64,000 nt of DNA, from the NCBI RefSeq assembly GCF_020073745.1, contig NZ_JAIRAU010000047.1, forward strand, positions 29,990-93,989, given 5' to 3'. This document shows, one piece after another, positions 40,837-53,643 of this stretch. Position 1 is the stretch's first letter, and every line of letters starts with the position of its first letter. Under the pieces are notes generated by a model. That model did not search any database, was not told where the DNA came from, and saw only the letters and a list, made by a program, of their open reading frames with translations. Source of the stretch: Nannocystis pusilla (GTDB lineage: Bacteria > Myxococcota_A > Polyangia > Nannocystales > Nannocystaceae). Made by a program: the position numbers and the translations under genes.

Positions 40837-41643
40837 TCACAGCGCCATCACCAGCTCGCGCAGCGTCTCGCCGGGCTGCTCGGCGGTCATGAAGTAGCTG
40901 CCGATCAGGAGCGCGTCGGCGCCCGAGTCGCGCAGGCGGAGCGCGTCGTCGATCGTGCGGACCCCGCTCTCGGCGACGTACGTGAAGCTCTTGGGCACGT
41001 ACTTGCGCAGCTTGGCGGCGCGGTCGGGGTCGAGCTCGAAGGTCTGGAGGTCGCGCGAGTTGACGCCGATGAGCTTGGCCCCGGCCGCCATCGCCCGATC
41101 GATCTCCGCCTCGTCGCGGGTCTCGCACAGCACCTGCATCTCGAGCGAGTGGGAGAACTCGATCAGGTTGCGCAGCTGCGGCGCCGGCAGGGCGGCGACG
41201 ATCAGCAGCACGCAGTCGGCCCCGACCCGCTTGGCCTCGACGATCTGCGTCTTCTCGAGGATGAAGTCCTTGCACAGCAGCGGCAGTGCCACGCTCTGGC
41301 GGACCGAGCGGAGGTCGTCGAGCGAGCCCTGGAAGTGCTTGTCGCACAGCACGCTCATGCAGGCCGCGCCGTTGGCCGCGTAGAGCATGGCGATCTGGCG
41401 CGCGTCGGCGTCCTCGCGGAGCACGCCGGCGCTCGGCGAGGCGCGCTTGAACTCGGCGATGATCCCCGGCCGCGGCCCCTCGCGCAGGGCGGCGATGAAG
41501 TCGCGCGGCCGTGGCAGTCGGGCCCCGAGCTCGAGCAGCTCGCGGTCGGTCAGCGCCCCCGAGCGCATCGCCCTCGGGGCGGCGAGCTCGGCCCGCTTGG
41601 CGGCCAGGATCTTGTCGAGGTACGTGCTGCCTTTGTCGCTCAT
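40837..41643 (-). CDS. trpC: indole-3-glycerol phosphate synthase
   Basis: IIAEFKRASPS, MSVLCDKHFQGS, LLCKDFI, LIGVNSRDL motifs. ATG in a gggacATG context. Confidence 0.9.
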   Translation of the reverse strand: MSDKGSTYLDKILAAKRAELAAPRAMRSGALTDRELLELGARLPRPRDFIAALREGPRPGIIAEFKRASPSAGVLREDADARQIAMLYAANGAACMSVLCDKHFQGSLDDLRSVRQSVALPLLCKDFILEKTQIVEAKRVGADCVLLIVAALPAPQLRNLIEFSHSLEMQVLCETRDEAEIDRAMAAGAKLIGVNSRDLQTFELDPDRAAKLRKYVPKSFTYVAESGVRTIDDALRLRDSGADALLIGSYFMTAEQPGETLRELVMAL

Positions 41644-41651
41644 GTCCCGCC

Positions 41652-42719
41652 TCAGGGTAGCGCAGCGCGGCTGGCGGCGACGAGCCGGTCGAGCACCGCC
41701 GCGGCGCGGCCGTCGTCGAGCGCCGCGCCGATCGCCCGCGCCTTGGCCGGCAGCGCCTCCAGGCCGTCGTCGCCCGCGGCCAGCAGGGCCAGCGCCCCGC
41801 TGTACTGCACACTTGTCCGGTACGCCCCCGGCTCGCCGGCCAGCAAGCCCCGCAGCGCGTTCGCGTTGCCGGCCGCGTCGTCGCCGGCGATCGCCGCGAT
41901 CGGCACCTCCGGCAGCCCGGCGTCGCCCGGGCGCAGCGTGTACGTGCGCAGCGCGCCCCGGTGCCACTCCGCGATCGTGCTCGCGCCCTCCGGGCTGAGA
42001 TCGTCGATCCCCGGCCGCTCCGCGCCGGCGAAGAACCCGTGGACCACGAACACGCGCTCGCTGCCGAGGGCCCCGAGCGCCGCCGCCATCGCCTCGACCT
42101 TGCCCGGGTCGAACACCCCGATCACCTGGCGCCGCACCCCCGCGGGGTTGCACATCGGCCCCACCAGGTTGAACAGCGTGCGCAGCCCCAGCGCCTTGCG
42201 CGGGCCGGCCGCGTGGCGCATCGCCGGGTGCAGGTTGGGCGCGAACATGAAGCCGACGCCGACCTCGTCGACGCACTTGCCGACCCGCTCGGGCGGCGCC
42301 GTGATGTCGACGCCGAGCGCGGCCAGCACGTCGGCCGAGCCGCACGGGCTCGAGATCCCGCGGTTGCCGTGCTTGGCCACCCGCGCCCCGCAGGCCGCCG
42401 CCGCGATCGCCACCGCCGTCGACACGTTGCGCCGGGCCACCCCGCTGCCGCCGGTCCCACAGGTGTCGATCGCCCCGGCCTCGCGCAGCGGCACCGCGAC
42501 CACCGCCTCCCGCATCGCCCGCACCGCGCCGGCGATCACCGCCGCCGTCTCCCCGCGGATCGAGAGCCCGACCAAGAGCCCGCCGATCTGCGCCGGGTCG
42601 GCCGCGCCGGCCACGATCTCGCGGAAGATCGCCAGCGCCTCGTCCTCGCCGACCGCCTCGCCGCGGACCAGCCGCGCCAGCCCGCGCCGCAGCGCCCCGT
42701 CAGCTGCTCCTTCGGTCAT
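41652..42719 (-). CDS. trpD: anthranilate phosphoribosyltransferase
   Basis: DTCGTGGSG, KHGNRGISS, and C-terminal family match. ATGA overlap with the trpG stop. Confidence 0.9.
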   Translation of the reverse strand: MTEGAADGALRRGLARLVRGEAVGEDEALAIFREIVAGAADPAQIGGLLVGLSIRGETAAVIAGAVRAMREAVVAVPLREAGAIDTCGTGGSGVARRNVSTAVAIAAAACGARVAKHGNRGISSPCGSADVLAALGVDITAPPERVGKCVDEVGVGFMFAPNLHPAMRHAAGPRKALGLRTLFNLVGPMCNPAGVRRQVIGVFDPGKVEAMAAALGALGSERVFVVHGFFAGAERPGIDDLSPEGASTIAEWHRGALRTYTLRPGDAGLPEVPIAAIAGDDAAGNANALRGLLAGEPGAYRTSVQYSGALALLAAGDDGLEALPAKARAIGAALDDGRAAAVLDRLVAASRAALP

Positions 42720-43405
42720 GTCGCTCCCGCCATGTTCGAAGGGACATGCATCTCGAGGAAGGTGCGGAGCATCGCGTGGCCGTGCTCGCTGAGCACCGAC
42801 TCCGGGTGGAACTGGACCCCGTGGAGCGGCCGCGTGGCGTGCCGCACCCCCATCAGCTCGCCGACGTCGGTGCGCGCGTTGGGCACCAGCGCGGCCGGCA
42901 GCGTGCTCTCGACCGCGGCCAGGCTGTGGTAGCGGGTGGCCATGAACGGCGACGGCAGGCCGGCGAACACCCCGGTGTTGTCGTGCACCATCGGCGACAG
43001 CTTGCCGTGCATGATCCGCCCGGCCCGCTCGACCCGCGCGCCCAGCACCTCGCACAGCGTCTGGTGACCGAGGCAGACCCCGAGCAGCGGGATCGCCGGC
43101 GCGTCGGCCTCGGCCAGCCGCCGGCACAGGTCCTGGCACACCCCGCTGTCGCTCGGCGTACCTGGCCCCGGGGACAGCATGATGTGGCTCGGCGCGTCGG
43201 CCAGCACCTGCTCCAGCGTGACCGCGTCGTTGCGGTGGACGTCGACCACCACGCCGAGCTGCAGCAGGTACTGCACCAGGTTGAAGGTGAACGAGTCGTA
43301 GTTGTCGATCATCAGCACGCGGCAGCCCGCGCGGGCCGGGCCGCTCGGTCGCAGGCGCTGGCCGCCCGGCAACGGCGGCGCCGCGGATTGGACGGTCTCG
43401 GTCAC
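42716..43405 (-). CDS. trpG: anthranilate synthase component II (glutamine amidotransferase)
   Basis: VLMIDNYDSFTFNLVQYL, GVCLGHQ catalytic Cys, HGV.FHPE. GTG start overlaps the trpE stop (GTGA) behind an aaggagg RBS. Last 11 codons are built from motif units. Confidence 0.85.
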   Translation of the reverse strand: MTETVQSAAPPLPGGQRLRPSGPARAGCRVLMIDNYDSFTFNLVQYLLQLGVVVDVHRNDAVTLEQVLADAPSHIMLSPGPGTPSDSGVCQDLCRRLAEADAPAIPLLGVCLGHQTLCEVLGARVERAGRIMHGKLSPMVHDNTGVFAGLPSPFMATRYHSLAAVESTLPAALVPNARTDVGELMGVRHATRPLHGVQFHPESVLSEHGHAMLRTFLEMHVPSNMAGAT

Positions 43406-45018
43406 GCTGCACCTCCTTCGGCGGCCGCCGCCGCGATCGCGCGCAGCACCGCGCTCGCCTTGACGTGGCACTCGTTGTCCTCGCCCTCGGGCGACGAATC
43501 GTAGACGACCCCCGCGCCGGCCTGGACCCGGAACTCGTCGCCGACGGCGACCAGCGAGCGGATGCAGATGGCGAAGTCGGCCGCGCCGTCGTAGCCCAGG
43601 TAGCCGACGGCGCCGCCGTACCAGCCGCGCGGCGCCGGCTCGAGCGCGTCGATGATCTGCAGCGCGCGGATCTTCGGCGCCCCGCTCAGCGTGCCGGCCG
43701 GGAACGTCGCGCGCAGGGCGTCGAGCGCCGTCAGCTCCGGCCGCAGCTCGCCCTGCACCTCGCTGACGATGTGCATCACCCGGCTGTAGCGCTCGATCGA
43801 GAACGACTCCGACACGCGCACGCTGCCGGCCACGCTGACGCGCCCGAGGTCGTTGCGCCCGAGGTCGACCAGCATCAGGTGCTCGGCGCGCTCCTTCGGA
43901 TCGGCGAGCAGCTCGCTGGCCAGCGCCTCGTCCTCGATCACGTCGTGCCCGCGCCGCCGCGTGCCCGCGATCGGCCGCACCGTCACGCGCAGGCCCGACT
44001 GCGGCGCCGTCTCGCTGCTGGCCGCGCCCGTCACCGCCGGCGCCAGCGCGTCGCGGTCGACCCGCACCAGCACCTCGGGCGACGCGCCCGTGAGCGCCGC
44101 GGCCGGCAGGTCGAACAGGTACATGTACGGCGCCGGGTTGCCGACCCGCAGCATCCGGTAGACGTCGAGCAGGTCGATGTCGCCGCGCCGCGACACGAAC
44201 CGCTGCGACAGCACGACCTGGAAGATGTCGCCGGCCATGATGTGCTCGCGCGCGCTGGCCACCGACGCGCGGTAACCCGCGCGCGACCACGGCGCCGCCA
44301 CCTCGGTCGCCGGCGGCTGCACCTCCGGCACCCCCCGCGGCCGCAGCACCGACGGCCCCAGCAGCGCCGCCGCCACCGCGTCGACGCGGGCCCGCGCGGC
44401 CGCCTCCGCCGCCTCCGGCCCGCCCTCGCTCTCCGCGCACGCGGTCGCCAGCACGCGCACCCGCTGCGAGAAGTTGTCGAACACCACCAGCGTGTCGGTC
44501 GCCACCAGTTCGACCGCCGGCAGATCGCTCGACATGACCGAAAGGCCAGGTACGGGCGGGATCGGATCGAACACGCGCGCCGCGTCATGACCCCACACGC
44601 CGACCAGGCCACCCCAGAAGCGCGGCAGCTCGGCCCGCGGCGGGCTGTCGTAGGCCCGCTGCAGCGCCGCGATCCCGCCGAGCCCGCGGCTCTTGGCCTC
44701 GACCCCCGGCGGCAGCGAGAAGCCCGGCCCCGGGGTGATCGTCACGTCGAGGTCGTAGCCGTTCCACACCCCGCGCACGTGGGCCCGCGCGCCGACGCCC
44801 ACCACGCTGTAGCGGGCCCACCGCTCGCCGGCCCCACCCGCGCTCTCGAGCAGGAAGCTGACGCCGGGCAGATCCGGCGGCCCCGAGCTGCTGCCCCGCG
44901 CGTAGGCCCGCAGGCGGGCGTAGACCTCGACGGGAGTGATGCCGTCACACAGCAGCTCGCGCCATACCGGCACCAGCCGCGGCGCACTCGGCTCGATCAA
45001 AGGCGGGCCCGCGATCAT
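43402..45018 (-). CDS. trpE: anthranilate synthase component I
   Basis: Chorismate-binding C-terminal domain (GTLSGAPKIRA, GWYGGAVGYLGYDG, GAGVVYDS). N-terminal Trp-feedback region. Confidence 0.9.
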   Translation of the reverse strand: MIAGPPLIEPSAPRLVPVWRELLCDGITPVEVYARLRAYARGSSSGPPDLPGVSFLLESAGGAGERWARYSVVGVGARAHVRGVWNGYDLDVTITPGPGFSLPPGVEAKSRGLGGIAALQRAYDSPPRAELPRFWGGLVGVWGHDAARVFDPIPPVPGLSVMSSDLPAVELVATDTLVVFDNFSQRVRVLATACAESEGGPEAAEAAARARVDAVAAALLGPSVLRPRGVPEVQPPATEVAAPWSRAGYRASVASAREHIMAGDIFQVVLSQRFVSRRGDIDLLDVYRMLRVGNPAPYMYLFDLPAAALTGASPEVLVRVDRDALAPAVTGAASSETAPQSGLRVTVRPIAGTRRRGHDVIEDEALASELLADPKERAEHLMLVDLGRNDLGRVSVAGSVRVSESFSIERYSRVMHIVSEVQGELRPELTALDALRATFPAGTLSGAPKIRALQIIDALEPAPRGWYGGAVGYLGYDGAADFAICIRSLVAVGDEFRVQAGAGVVYDSSPEGEDNECHVKASAVLRAIAAAAAEGGAA

Positions 45019-45170
45019 GGCCCTCAGGATACACCGCGTCGGCCGACCCGATCGACGGCGCAGTTCGAGCGCCGAGGTAGGACACACGCCGGATCGCGGC
45101 CACGCCGCGGTCGCGGCCGCGCGCCGGAGCCCCTCCGCTCGCGCAGCCGCCGAGGTCCGCGGCGCAGACG

Positions 45171-45818
45171 CTAGCGGCGCCGCCGGCGATCGCCCGAGCC
45201 CGAGTCGGAGTCGGTGTCGGTGATCCGGATGTTTCCGAGGGTATAGCCGGTGTAGGCGCGCACGCTCGAGTCGAAGCGGACGCTGCCCGACACGATCGCG
45301 GTCCCGTTGGCGTCGTTCCAGCTGTAATTGACGACGAGCGAGTTGTCGGTGGCGGTGGCGACCGACTGGTCGACCGCGTAGCCGGCCTCCGCCTTGACCC
45401 GGATGTCGATCTTGCCGACGTTGTCGACGATCTGGGTGCGACCCTGTCTGACGGCCTGCTTCCAGATCCGCTCGTAGGTGTGGTCGGCCGGGTCGAGCAG
45501 CGTCACGGTGCCGGTGGTCTCCGCCGGGTCGAAGACGTCGCGGGCGACCTTCTGCACCGTCGCCGGCACGTCGGGCTCCGGGTTGCCGACGAGCTTGACC
45601 GTCAGGACGCCGATGGTCGCGCCGAACGAGTTGCGGAACGCCATCTTGTATTTGGTCTTCTCCTCCGGCGTGCTCGCGCTCTCGTCCTCGAACGTGATCG
45701 TCGTCCCCGTCAGGTTGGTGGTGAACGTCGCGTTCATCTCGAGGTCGAGGTCGCTCACGGGCCCCGACGTGATGCCCGTCTTGCTGAGCACATCTCGCTT
45801 CATCTTCGGTGTCGGCAT
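45171..45818 (-). CDS. hypothetical protein
   Basis: 215-aa ORF with good codon bias and slightly lower GC. No signal peptide or known motif. Confidence 0.45.
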   Translation of the reverse strand: MPTPKMKRDVLSKTGITSGPVSDLDLEMNATFTTNLTGTTITFEDESASTPEEKTKYKMAFRNSFGATIGVLTVKLVGNPEPDVPATVQKVARDVFDPAETTGTVTLLDPADHTYERIWKQAVRQGRTQIVDNVGKIDIRVKAEAGYAVDQSVATATDNSLVVNYSWNDANGTAIVSGSVRFDSSVRAYTGYTLGNIRITDTDSDSGSGDRRRRR

Positions 45819-45970
45819 GCTGTCAATCCCCCGGACCTGTCACTGCCCGGATCCCCCGGCGAATGAGCGTAACCCAACCCCCTCCTGGATCAGTCGCTCG
45901 TACATACAATCATGTTACGGGCCGCGCGCCGACGCCCGGCGCAGGATCGCCCGCCGGCCCCGCCCCGCGC

Positions 45971-46025
45971 GCAAATGCCCCGCCTCCATGCTAGCACTTC
46001 GAGACATGTCCGTTTCGACATGGTC
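45971..46025. repeat. motif array downstream of the Ser/Thr kinase gene
   Basis: gcaaatgcccc / tccatgctagc / gagacatgtccg / gacatggtc. Confidence 0.55.
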
Positions 46026-46036
46026 TGAAGAGCACG

Positions 46037-48913
<2,877 letters not shown>

Positions 48914-49189
48914 CTGCGAGCGATCGAGGCGGGAGAACCCGCCGGCGGTGCTGCGCGCGCTGACCGGGCCCGCGAAAAGCCCGTCGCCCGTCCCCGCCGC
49001 CGCCTCGCCCACACCGGCATGGTATCAAGCCCCGGCCAGTTGTGGGTCGGGCTGGGTGTGGAGCCCCGTTTGCAGGCGAGCGGCTGCGCCGCCGTCCGGG
49101 CCGACGCGCACGAGATTCGCCGCGCACGCCGTGCGTCGCGGGGGTGTGCGGTCGCCTTCGCGGCCTGGCGGCGCCGCGCCGCGTGAGGC

Positions 49190-49218
49190 TTGACTCCGCG
49201 GCCCTCCGGGCCTGAAAA
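49190..49218 (+). promoter_or_regulatory. possible sigma-70-like promoter (TTGACT, 17-bp spacer, TGAAAA) just upstream of glyA
   Basis: Hexamers read directly. A transcript would have almost no leader. Speculative. Confidence 0.2.
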
Positions 49219-49227
49219 CCTCGGGCG

Positions 49228-50487
49228 ATGCACGCCCGCGATCCCGAGCTCTCCGCCGCCGACCCCGAGATCTTCGCGCTGATCGAGCAGGAGGACGCGC
49301 GCCAGCGCGACAGCCTGCGCCTGATCGCCAGCGAGAACTACGTGTCGAAGGCCGTGCTCGCCGCCACCGGCAGCAGCCTCACCAACAAGTACGCCGAGGG
49401 TTATCCGGGCAAGCGGTACTACGAGGGCATGGACTTCGTCGACCCGATCGAGTCGCTCGCCGTCGCCCGCGCGCGCGAGCTGTTCGGGGCCGACCACGCC
49501 AACGTGCAGCCTTACAGCGGATCGCCGGCCAACCTCGCCGCGCTGCTCGCCCTGTGCCAGACCGGCGACACGATCATGGGGCTCAGCCTCCCCGCGGGCG
49601 GTCACCTCACCCACGGGTGGAAGGTCAGCGCCACCGGCATCTACTACAAGGCCGTCCAGTACGGCGTCCGCCGCGACGATCACCGCATCGACATGGACGA
49701 GGTCCGCAGCCTCGCGCTGACCCATCGCCCCAAGCTCATCTGGGTCGGTCACTCGGCCTACCCGCGCCAGCTCGACTTCGCCGGCTTCGCCGCGATCGCG
49801 CGCGAAGTCGGGGCCTACCTCGCGGCCGACATCGCGCACATCGCCGGCCTCGTCGCCGGCGGCGCGCACCCGAGCCCGGTGCCGCACGCCGACGTCGTCA
49901 CCACCACCACGCACAAGACCCTCCGCGGCCCGCGCGGCGGCCTCATCCTCTGCAAGGCCGAGCACGCCGCCGCGATCGACAAGGCCGTGTTCCCCGGCCT
50001 GCAGGGCGGCCCCCACTGCCACACCACCGCGGCCAAGGCGGTCGCCTTCCGCGAGGCGCTGCAGCCGAGCTTCCGCGACTACGCGCAGCAGATCGTCGCC
50101 AACGCGCGGGCCCTCGCCGAGGCCCTGAGCGGGCGCGGACACACGCTCGTCTCCGGCGGCACCGACAACCACCTCTTGCTCGTCGATCTCACGTCCACCG
50201 GTCACGGCGGTCGGCACGTCGCCCGGGTGCTCAACCGCTGCGGCATCGAGCTCAACGCCAACGCGATCCCGTTCGACCCGCGCAAGCCGTTCGACCCCTC
50301 GGGCCTGCGGATCGGCCTCGCCGCGATCACCTCGCGCGGCGTCCAGACCCATCACATCCCGCACGTCGCCGACCTCATCGCCGACGGCATCGGCCTCGCC
50401 GTCGCCGACGCCGACGACGCCAAGTGCGAGGCCCACCGCGCCCGCGTGCGCGAGTTCCTGCGCGCCTTCCCGGCCCCCGGCCTGTGA
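49228..50487 (+). CDS. glyA: serine hydroxymethyltransferase
   Basis: [21 protein letters not shown] (PLP-Lys), full-length SHMT. Confidence 0.9.
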   Translation: MHARDPELSAADPEIFALIEQEDARQRDSLRLIASENYVSKAVLAATGSSLTNKYAEGYPGKRYYEGMDFVDPIESLAVARARELFGADHANVQPYSGSPANLAALLALCQTGDTIMGLSLPAGGHLTHGWKVSATGIYYKAVQYGVRRDDHRIDMDEVRSLALTHRPKLIWVGHSAYPRQLDFAGFAAIAREVGAYLAADIAHIAGLVAGGAHPSPVPHADVVTTTTHKTLRGPRGGLILCKAEHAAAIDKAVFPGLQGGPHCHTTAAKAVAFREALQPSFRDYAQQIVANARALAEALSGRGHTLVSGGTDNHLLLVDLTSTGHGGRHVARVLNRCGIELNANAIPFDPRKPFDPSGLRIGLAAITSRGVQTHHIPHVADLIADGIGLAVADADDAKCEAHRARVREFLRAFPAPGL

Positions 50488-50498
50488 CCGCCACCGCG

Positions 50499-51680
50499 AT
50501 GCAGCCGTACCCGATCACCGCTATGGCCCTGTGCAACGGCATGGGCGACAGCACCGCCGCCGTGCTCGCGGCCCTGCGCGCCGGTCGCTCCGGCCTCGGC
50601 CCGTGCCCCGCCGAGTTCGAGCTCGACGCCGTCGTCGGCGCCGTCCCGGGCCCGCTGCCGCCGCTGCCCGGCTCCCTCGAGCGCGTGCGCGACACCCGAC
50701 AGACGCGGATCGCCGCCGTCGCCCTCGCCGAGCTGCAGGCCCCGCTCGCCCGCGCCTGCGCCCGCTGGGGCGCCGATCGCGTCGGCGTCGTCCTCGGCAC
50801 CAGCACCGGCGGCATCGAGGCCAGCGAGGGCGCCTACGCCCACGCCCACGCCCACGGCGGCGCCTTGCCGTCCCACTACGACGTCGAGCGCTCGCACGCC
50901 CTCGACGCCGTCCTCCACCTCGCGCGCGTCTTCGGCGGCGGCCTCGCCGGCCCGGCCTACGTCGTCTCGACCGCCTGCTCCTCGAGCGCCAAGGTGTTCG
51001 CCTCGGCCCAGCGCCTGCTCGCCGCCGGCCTGTGCGACGCCGTCCTCGTCGGCGGCGTCGACAGCCTGTGCCGCCTCACCGTGCGCGGCTTTGCTGGCCT
51101 CGAGGTCCTGTCCTCTGCGCCATGTCGTCCGTTCTCGCGCGAGCGCGCCGGCATCAACATCGGCGAGGGCGCCGCCCTGCTCCTGGTCGAACGGACAGGT
51201 GAGGGCCCCGCCCGCCTGCTCGGCGTCGGCGAGAGCAGCGACGCCTACCACATGACCAGCCCGCACCCCGAGGGCCTCGGCGCCCGCCTGGCGATGGAGC
51301 GCGCGCTGCAGCTCGCCGGCCTCGTCGCCGCCGACGTCGACCACGTCAACGCCCACGGCACCGGCACCCGGCAGAACGACAGCATGGAGAGCCAGGCGAT
51401 CCGCGCCGTCTTCGCCGGCGCGCCCGCGCCCGCCGTCGTCGCCACCAAGGGCTACACCGGGCACATGCTCGGGGCCGCCGGCGCCACCGAGGTCGCCTTC
51501 GTCGTCGACGCCATCGCCGGCGGCTACCTCCCGGCCAGCGTCGGCGCCGACCCGCTCGACGAGGCGCTCGGCGTCGACGTCGTCACCGCCCGCCGCGAGC
51601 AGCGGACCCGCGCGGCCCTCAGCAACTCGTTCGCGTTCGGCGGCAGCAACTGCAGCGTCCTCGTCGGAGGCCCGGCATGA
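50499..51680 (+). CDS. beta-ketoacyl-ACP synthase (KAS I/II-like)
   Basis: Active-site Cys in VVSTACSSS. His-His pair (AHGTGT, GHMLGAAG). C-terminal NSFAFGGSNCSVLV. Stop overlaps the next start. Confidence 0.8.
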   Translation: MQPYPITAMALCNGMGDSTAAVLAALRAGRSGLGPCPAEFELDAVVGAVPGPLPPLPGSLERVRDTRQTRIAAVALAELQAPLARACARWGADRVGVVLGTSTGGIEASEGAYAHAHAHGGALPSHYDVERSHALDAVLHLARVFGGGLAGPAYVVSTACSSSAKVFASAQRLLAAGLCDAVLVGGVDSLCRLTVRGFAGLEVLSSAPCRPFSRERAGINIGEGAALLLVERTGEGPARLLGVGESSDAYHMTSPHPEGLGARLAMERALQLAGLVAADVDHVNAHGTGTRQNDSMESQAIRAVFAGAPAPAVVATKGYTGHMLGAAGATEVAFVVDAIAGGYLPASVGADPLDEALGVDVVTARREQRTRAALSNSFAFGGSNCSVLVGGPA

Positions 51681-52468
51681 GCGCGCCCGGCTTCAGCGTC
51701 CGCGGCCTCGGCTTCTGGGCCCCCGGCTACCCCGACCTCGCCGCCTGGCAGGCCCGCCCCGACGCCTGTCCCGAAGACCAGAGTGCCACGCCGAAGGCCG
51801 AGCTCTTGCCGCCGATGATGCGCCGGCGCACCAGCCTGCTCACCCGCATGGCCGCCGAGGTCGCGGCCCAGGCCCTGCGCGCCGGCGGCCTCGACCCGAC
51901 CGGCGCCACCCTCGTCTACGGCTCCGTCTACGGCGAGATCCGCACCACCCTCGACCTCCTGGCCGCCCTGCTCGTCGCCGGCGAGCCGCTGTCGCCGACC
52001 AAGTTCCACAACAGCGTCCACAACACCGCCGCCGGCTACGTCTCGATCGCCACCGGCAGCCGGGCCGGCAACGCCGCCCTCTCGGCCGGCCGCTCCACCC
52101 TCGCCATGGGCCTGCTCGAGTGCGCCGCGCTCGTCGCCGCCGGCGAGGGCGACGTCGTGCTCGTCATCGCCGAGGAGCCGCTGCCCGAGCCGCTGGCCGC
52201 CGGCCGCCGCTGGGGCCCGTTCGCCGCCGCCTTCGCCCTGGCCGCGCCTGCCTCTTCAGACATGCCCGCCACGACATGTCGTCTGGAACAGGGCCCCAAC
52301 GACAAGTCCCTCGCGCCAGCACGTCCCGCGCCGGCGTGGCTGGCCGACAACCCGTGCGCCGCCGCGCTCGCGCTGGTCGACGCCCTCGCCGCCGGCGCCC
52401 CCGCCCGCGTCGCCCTCGAGCCGCACCTCGCCGCCGGCTGGCACTGCGGGCTGGGGGCCGGCGCATGA
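51677..52468 (+). CDS. KS-like protein lacking the catalytic Cys (chain-length-factor-like partner)
   Basis: KS N-terminal fold similarity without the TACSS motif. Contains an in-frame motif insertion. ATGA overlaps on both sides. Confidence 0.6.
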   Translation: MSAPGFSVRGLGFWAPGYPDLAAWQARPDACPEDQSATPKAELLPPMMRRRTSLLTRMAAEVAAQALRAGGLDPTGATLVYGSVYGEIRTTLDLLAALLVAGEPLSPTKFHNSVHNTAAGYVSIATGSRAGNAALSAGRSTLAMGLLECAALVAAGEGDVVLVIAEEPLPEPLAAGRRWGPFAAAFALAAPASSDMPATTCRLEQGPNDKSLAPARPAPAWLADNPCAAALALVDALAAGAPARVALEPHLAAGWHCGLGAGA

Positions 52469-52917
52469 CCGCCGCGTTCGCGCCGGTGGCCGAGTTGGTC
52501 CCGCAGCGCCCGCCGATGCTGCTCGTCGACGAGGTCCTCGCCGCCGGCGACGACGCGATCACCTGCGCCGCCGTCGTCCGCCCCGACAACCTGTTCGCCG
52601 TCGCCGGCCGCGTCCACGCCTCCGTCGCGCTCGAGTACATGGCCCAGGCGATCGCCGCGTTCGCCGGCCTGCGCGCGCGCGCCGAGGGTCAGCCGCCCGC
52701 GCTCGGCATGATCGCCGCCTGCCGCGGCCTCGAGCTGCACGCCGAGCACCTCGCCGTCGGCGACGCGCTGCAGATCGTCGCCACCCGCGTGTTCGCCGGC
52801 GCCATGGCCGAGTACCGGGCCGCCGTCACCCGCCGCGGCGAGCCGCTCGCCGAGGCCGTCCTCCACGTCGTCACCGCCGCCCCTGCCACCACCACCGCCC
52901 CCGGGAGCCCCGCATGA
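52465..52917 (+). CDS. FabA/FabZ-like hot-dog 3-hydroxyacyl-ACP dehydratase
   Basis: PMLLVDEV motif and hot-dog length (150 aa). Confidence 0.6.
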   Translation: MTAAFAPVAELVPQRPPMLLVDEVLAAGDDAITCAAVVRPDNLFAVAGRVHASVALEYMAQAIAAFAGLRARAEGQPPALGMIAACRGLELHAEHLAVGDALQIVATRVFAGAMAEYRAAVTRRGEPLAEAVLHVVTAAPATTTAPGSPA

Positions 52918-53636
52918 AGCCGCGCGCGCTCGTCACCGGCGCCAGTCGAGGGATCGGCGCCGCGATCGCCGAGGCCCTCGCGGCCGCCGGCCACCCGATC
53001 GTCCTCAACTACCGCAGCGACGACGCCGCCGCCGAGGCCGTCGCCGCCCGGATCCGCCAGGCCGGCGGCGAGGTCGTCCTCAGCCGCTTCGACGTCGGCG
53101 ACGACGCGGCCGCCGACGCCGCCATGGCCGCGATCCTGGCCGACCCGCGGCCGCTCGGCGTCGTCGTCAACAACGCCGGCATCGCCCGCGACGCCCCGTT
53201 CCCGGCGCTCGAGCGGGCCGACTGGGAAGCTGTCCTTCGGACCAGCCTCGGCGGCTTCTACAACGTCACCCGGCCCGTGATCATGCCGATGGTGCGGCGC
53301 AAGTGGGGCCGGATCATCACCATGAGCTCGGTCTCGGCGCAGATCGGCAACCGGGGTCAGGTCGCCTACGCCGCGGCCAAGGCCGGCGTCATCGGCGCGA
53401 CGAAGTCGCTCGCGCTCGAGCTCGCCCGCAAGGGCGTCACCGTCAACGCCGTCGCCCCCGGCCTCGTCGACACCGACATGATCAAGGACGTCCCGCTCGA
53501 GCACGTCATGCCGCGGATCCCCGCCCAGCGGCTCGGCACTGCCCGCGAGGTCGCCGCGCTGGTCGCCTTCCTCGCCACCGACGAAGCCGCCTACATCACC
53601 GGTCAGGTGATCGGTGTCAACGGCGGCATGGTATGA
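52914..53636 (+). CDS. 3-oxoacyl-ACP reductase (SDR family, FabG-like)
   Basis: TGASRGIGAAIA cofactor motif, NNAG, catalytic S...YAAAK. Confidence 0.85.
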   Translation: MKPRALVTGASRGIGAAIAEALAAAGHPIVLNYRSDDAAAEAVAARIRQAGGEVVLSRFDVGDDAAADAAMAAILADPRPLGVVVNNAGIARDAPFPALERADWEAVLRTSLGGFYNVTRPVIMPMVRRKWGRIITMSSVSAQIGNRGQVAYAAAKAGVIGATKSLALELARKGVTVNAVAPGLVDTDMIKDVPLEHVMPRIPAQRLGTAREVAALVAFLATDEAAYITGQVIGVNGGMV

Positions 53637-53643
53637 CGCGGCC

